DNA of 64,000 nucleotides from Lama guanicoe (taxonomy: Eukaryota), in assembly GCA_013239625.1 (NCBI GenBank), contig MU053559.1:3412607-3476606 (forward strand), given 5' to 3'. This document shows, in pieces, positions 60,262 through 64,000 of this stretch (the stretch's first letter is position 1; every line of letters begins with the position of its first letter). Made by a program: the position numbers and the translations under genes. The notes beneath the pieces were generated by a model, which made no database searches, had not been told where the DNA came from, and saw only the letters and a program-made list of their open reading frames with translations.

Positions 60262-62019
60262 AGGATCACTAGTATCGTATGATCCAAGAAGAAACCTTTT
60301 CTTTCTGCTGTTCTCTGCCTGTAAAGAACATTATTTCAATAAATCTATATAAAATTTTAAAAATTGAGATTCTTACATAGTTAAAGATTTTAAAGTGTCA
60401 ATGAAGAAATCTCTTACAGGGACTAACCAATCAGCAGGAACAATTCTACCAGGAAGTTCTAGTAAATTGAATATAATGGTCATCCACAACAAAGCCCCTT
60501 GTTAGCATCATAGAATGTTAAAATTCATCTTTGAGCAAAGATCAATTTTCATTCTGTATTTCCCTTTTTAAATCCCTACTTCCCCTTGAAAGGAAAATTA
60601 TCTTTCACTAACTTGATCTTAACAACATTTTAAAAAAAATCAATTTTCATCAACAGAATATATTGGATTGGCTTCCAGAGAAGATATTAATTAAGGCAGT
60701 CACATAAACAGAGTCAGATCTTCTCTGAACAAGTCTTATTTCATGCTTGAGCCCATTTTCACATCCTTTGGAGACAGCCTCTTTTCCAGGAGTAGCTCTA
60801 AGCCTGCGTCACTATTGGGAGATGATCATGTTGGCACATGGCCAGTAGCTTGTTTGTAGGATCCGTCCTCCCCCTCTCTGGCCAGCTAGTTCACCCGACT
60901 GAAGCTGTCTGGTCTAACAGCGAGGCAGCTGGATGAAGTCATGGCTGTGAATCAGCCTGGAAACAGCCCATGATGGTTTCTCATAGGTTTGGTGAATGAC
61001 TGTCCATAGAAGGGAGGTCTCCCCATCTGAAAGGAATTGTGTTTCTTGGGTTGAGGCTTGGAAAACAGATACAAGTTGAGCTTCTCTCCCACCCTTTCCT
61101 TCACTAATTGCTTACTAAATAAACTAAGCTGTTAACGATGGAGTGATTTCCCTGTAGGTCTTAGAGTCTGTCAAAAAACATCCAACTTATAAACCCAAAC
61201 CAAGGAAGTTTACATTATGGGTATATGTCTTGGCAGATTACATGTAAAAAAAAAATCACAGACATGAGGCCCCCTTGTACAGTCTGAAGCTAGAGTTCAG
61301 ATTGTGCCAACATTTCCACTATGAGCTGTAATTCTAAGGGTCAAATGGGAACAAGGGAGAGAATACCCCACAGGGGTCTGAGCATTTCTGAGAAGAGCAG
61401 CTTGGTGATTTTTGTGACTCAGACTTGGATGCCCATCTTTACACAAGTAAGATTAAAGATCAGATTTCAAGAGGACTCAATTGATTTTGAGTGAGAGATG
61501 AAACTTCTGATTTCTGTTGAGGCAAGTCTGGTGATTTGCATTTCTGGCAGTCAACAACATTGCCAGGCCTTCTGGGCCAGCCAAAGTTTGAAACTTCCAT
61601 AGTTCTCTATTGAGTTGCTCATATGAGACCTTTTGAGAAGAGCTAAGACATATTTTACTGGAAAACCTAAAGACTGCTATAGATTCATTTGGAGCTGCCT
61701 CGGGTGAATAAAATGTCTCTGAGACCTGAAGACAGCTCTCTTCTGTTGTGCATTTAGATAAAAGTGGGCCCTCAAGAAATGCCCATCTGATTTAGATCAC
61801 TGATGTCAACTCAGCGTTGTCTTGGGGTGGCTGGCCAATAGCAGGGTGCCTTGTCTCAGACAACCAGTGGCCTCTTCTCTAAGAACTGGAACTCTGCTTG
61901 GTTGGTAAAATTCATGGATGATGTGTGGGTTTACTGCTGCACATGAGGGCATGAATGTGTACACCAATCAGAGCTGGAAGATTTAGAGATTATAGGCTGT
62001 GACTAGTGGCTAAAGGGGA

Positions 62020-62501
62020 AGTAGACTGGATTTGTGTTTCTAATTTCTAATTCCCTTCTTGCACTTCCACACCCTTTGTCAGGTGAGTTTGCAGTGCCTC
62101 TTAGGAGAGGAAGATTATCCCTGACTCATTGACTTTGATCTTGGCCATGTGACTTGCTTGGACCAATGGAATGTTGGTAGAAGTGAAAGGGTGTCAGTTT
62201 CCAGCTGAGATCTTAAGAGATATTGTATATTTTCACTCAGTCCTTTACTTATTTACTTTTTTTTTTGTACTTCTGTCATCAGCCATGAGAAGAACATGCC
62301 CCAGGTAGCTGCTGGCCCCAGAATGAAGACACATGTGGAACAAACCTTAACCCAAGTTGAAGCTTGGAGCTGAGCCGAGCTAAACTACACCTAGTCTTCA
62401 GATCCCTGAGCTAGAAATAAATGCTTATTGTTTAAAAAGTCATCAAGTTTTGGAGTCATTTGTTACACAGAACAATTTTAACAGAATCCCGATTAATATA
62501 C
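62020..62501 (+). mobile_element. Old MaLR LTR (MLT1I/J-like)
   Basis: 'cttggccatgtgacttgcttggaccaatggaatg...gccatgagaagaacatgccc...aataaatgcttattg...gattaatata'. Confidence 0.8.
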
Positions 62502-63807
62502 TTGGGACCCTCCATCTTCTCATGTTCAGATAGTAGGATTTTAATTCTATCATTAGTTATCATCTACCCCTACCTTCTCATGAGAACACCAAAGCCATGT
62601 CAGTGAGATGACAAGCCCCTGGCAGTAGGTGACAAACTTCTGAGGTACAGGTGTTAGGTAGCAGAGTCAGGGCTCAACCTCATATCTCTATATTCCCATG
62701 TCATGATAAAATAAGTCCTTAATTTTACTTAGAAAACAGCTTCTCAGTCAAGCAATCATGTATCAGGTCAGTATAAACATTGGATATACGGTGTAGTAGA
62801 AATTAACCAAGATCATCTGTAGACAGATCAAGCCAGGAAGCACTATAATGATTGTGTGCTAGTTTCAGAAATCCCTCCTAGGATATTTTATCATCAGCCC
62901 AGGCATAATATGTATTTATATTTTTCAAAACATGAAGCAGGTGTCTAGTCCCTGAATTCCAAAGCTGGGTGGGCGAGACAGGAAGAAAAACATTCTATTA
63001 GAGATTGAATGTTGATCTGGCCTCACCCATAGTCACCACTTATACAGCCTCAGTTACAAAAATAACTGTTAACTCTTCATTTGTGTTTCAGTGCAGACCT
63101 GGATAGTAAGAAAGACTGTTACCTTACTGTTTCCCTAAAGATCTTCCACAGTAGCCAGAGGTGGATGGAGTAAACGTGATCGACCCTATTTGGAGGCAGC
63201 AAGTTGACTCAGATGATTCTTCGCAATGCTTTATTTCAGTGTCATTAAGAAAATATCTGGTACTTTCAGCTCATTTTATGTTTCTTTATTTTCATAAATA
63301 CAAGGGCTAAGAGTGTTTAAATACCATCTCTTGATCATTAACTTGTCATCCTATAATTTTTCATTGCTTGACTCTTTCCTACAGAGTTTAAGAGATTTAA
63401 GAAAAATAATTCCAAAGGACATTCATTTCTGAATTATAAAGCTGGCTTAAGCTGACCTTCAAGGGGAGCTTGGTCAATGAAGAGTCTACAAGCTCAGGAC
63501 CTAGTTCCCTAGAAGGGGGACATGAAGTGGGAGACTGAGTCCCTTTTTTTGGCTCCATGCCCCACAGCTCCTCTCCATCTGCCTGGGACTGGAGCAGTAG
63601 ATACATGCACCATGATGGTGGTAAATTATGAATCACAAAAATTTAACTAGCTTTCCCTGCTGCTCCCCACTAGCATCCCTGTACTCAGACCTCAACTCCC
63701 ACACTCCACACTGATTTTGCGAGTGGTTGACACTTCTCTTTTATTGTATGCATTGCCTTGTAAGTGTCCTTCAGAGACCCTGAAAGACCCAGGCATTCTA
63801 TCTATGG

Positions 63808-64000
63808 GTATATCAGTAAGACTTCTAACAGGAAATCATTGACATACTCAGAAAGGATAATCTAAGGATTTATTTACAATGTTGGTATAGGGGAACCACA
63901 AAGGATAGTGCAGTAACCTATAACTAGTAGATACCAAGTAGTTACCACCCACCTCTAGGTCTGAAGTGTTTAGGGAAGAGGAGGCTTTGTAGAATTGGGA
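63808..64000 (-). mobile_element. Ancient Gypsy-type LTR fragment, running off the window end
   Basis: Similar to the 56912 element: 'tatcagtaagacttctaacaggaaatcattgacatactca...atttatttacaa...gttaccacccacctctaggtctgaag'. Confidence 0.55.

Noticed and set aside
1..64000. A novel multi-gene system (defence, mobile or metabolic)
   Set aside because: No credible CDS or RNA gene cluster. The structure is explained by known mammalian repeats, simple repeats and putative cis-regulatory DNA.

Overview
This is mammalian genomic DNA, very likely camelid (camel, alpaca or llama). It carries tRNA-Ala(AGC)-derived SINEs resembling camelid Vic-1 and recurrent lineage-specific L1 3' tails, and I saw no Alu, BovB/Bov-tA, PRE1 or CanSINE. 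I find no credible protein-coding exon: the listed ORFs are either chance frames or decayed retroelement frames (L1, L2, CR1). Bases 1-1610 are repeat-free and end like a plus-strand 3' UTR (ATTAAA signal, miR-19/miR-130 seed matches), so the rest is probably intergenic. A large part of the window is layered transposon fossils: MIR, L2, CR1/L3, L1M, MaLR/ERVL/ERV1/Gypsy LTRs and hAT MERs, several with readable target-site duplications (TSDs). Unique stretches at about 44-47 kb and 54-56 kb look like enhancers. I see no previously undescribed biological system. The best leads are: a compact AP-1/MEF2/AP-1 enhancer; an orphan 66-bp polyadenylated retro-insertion; a twin-primed L1 inversion with a multi-kb deletion; two MaLR LTRs inserted 4 bp apart inside a MER81 terminal repeat; an interrupted perfect 30-bp palindrome; a POU site cluster; and a possible unannotated Tc1/pogo transposase relic. 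Repeat family names come from recalled consensus sequences, not a search. Boundaries are approximate unless a TSD is quoted.
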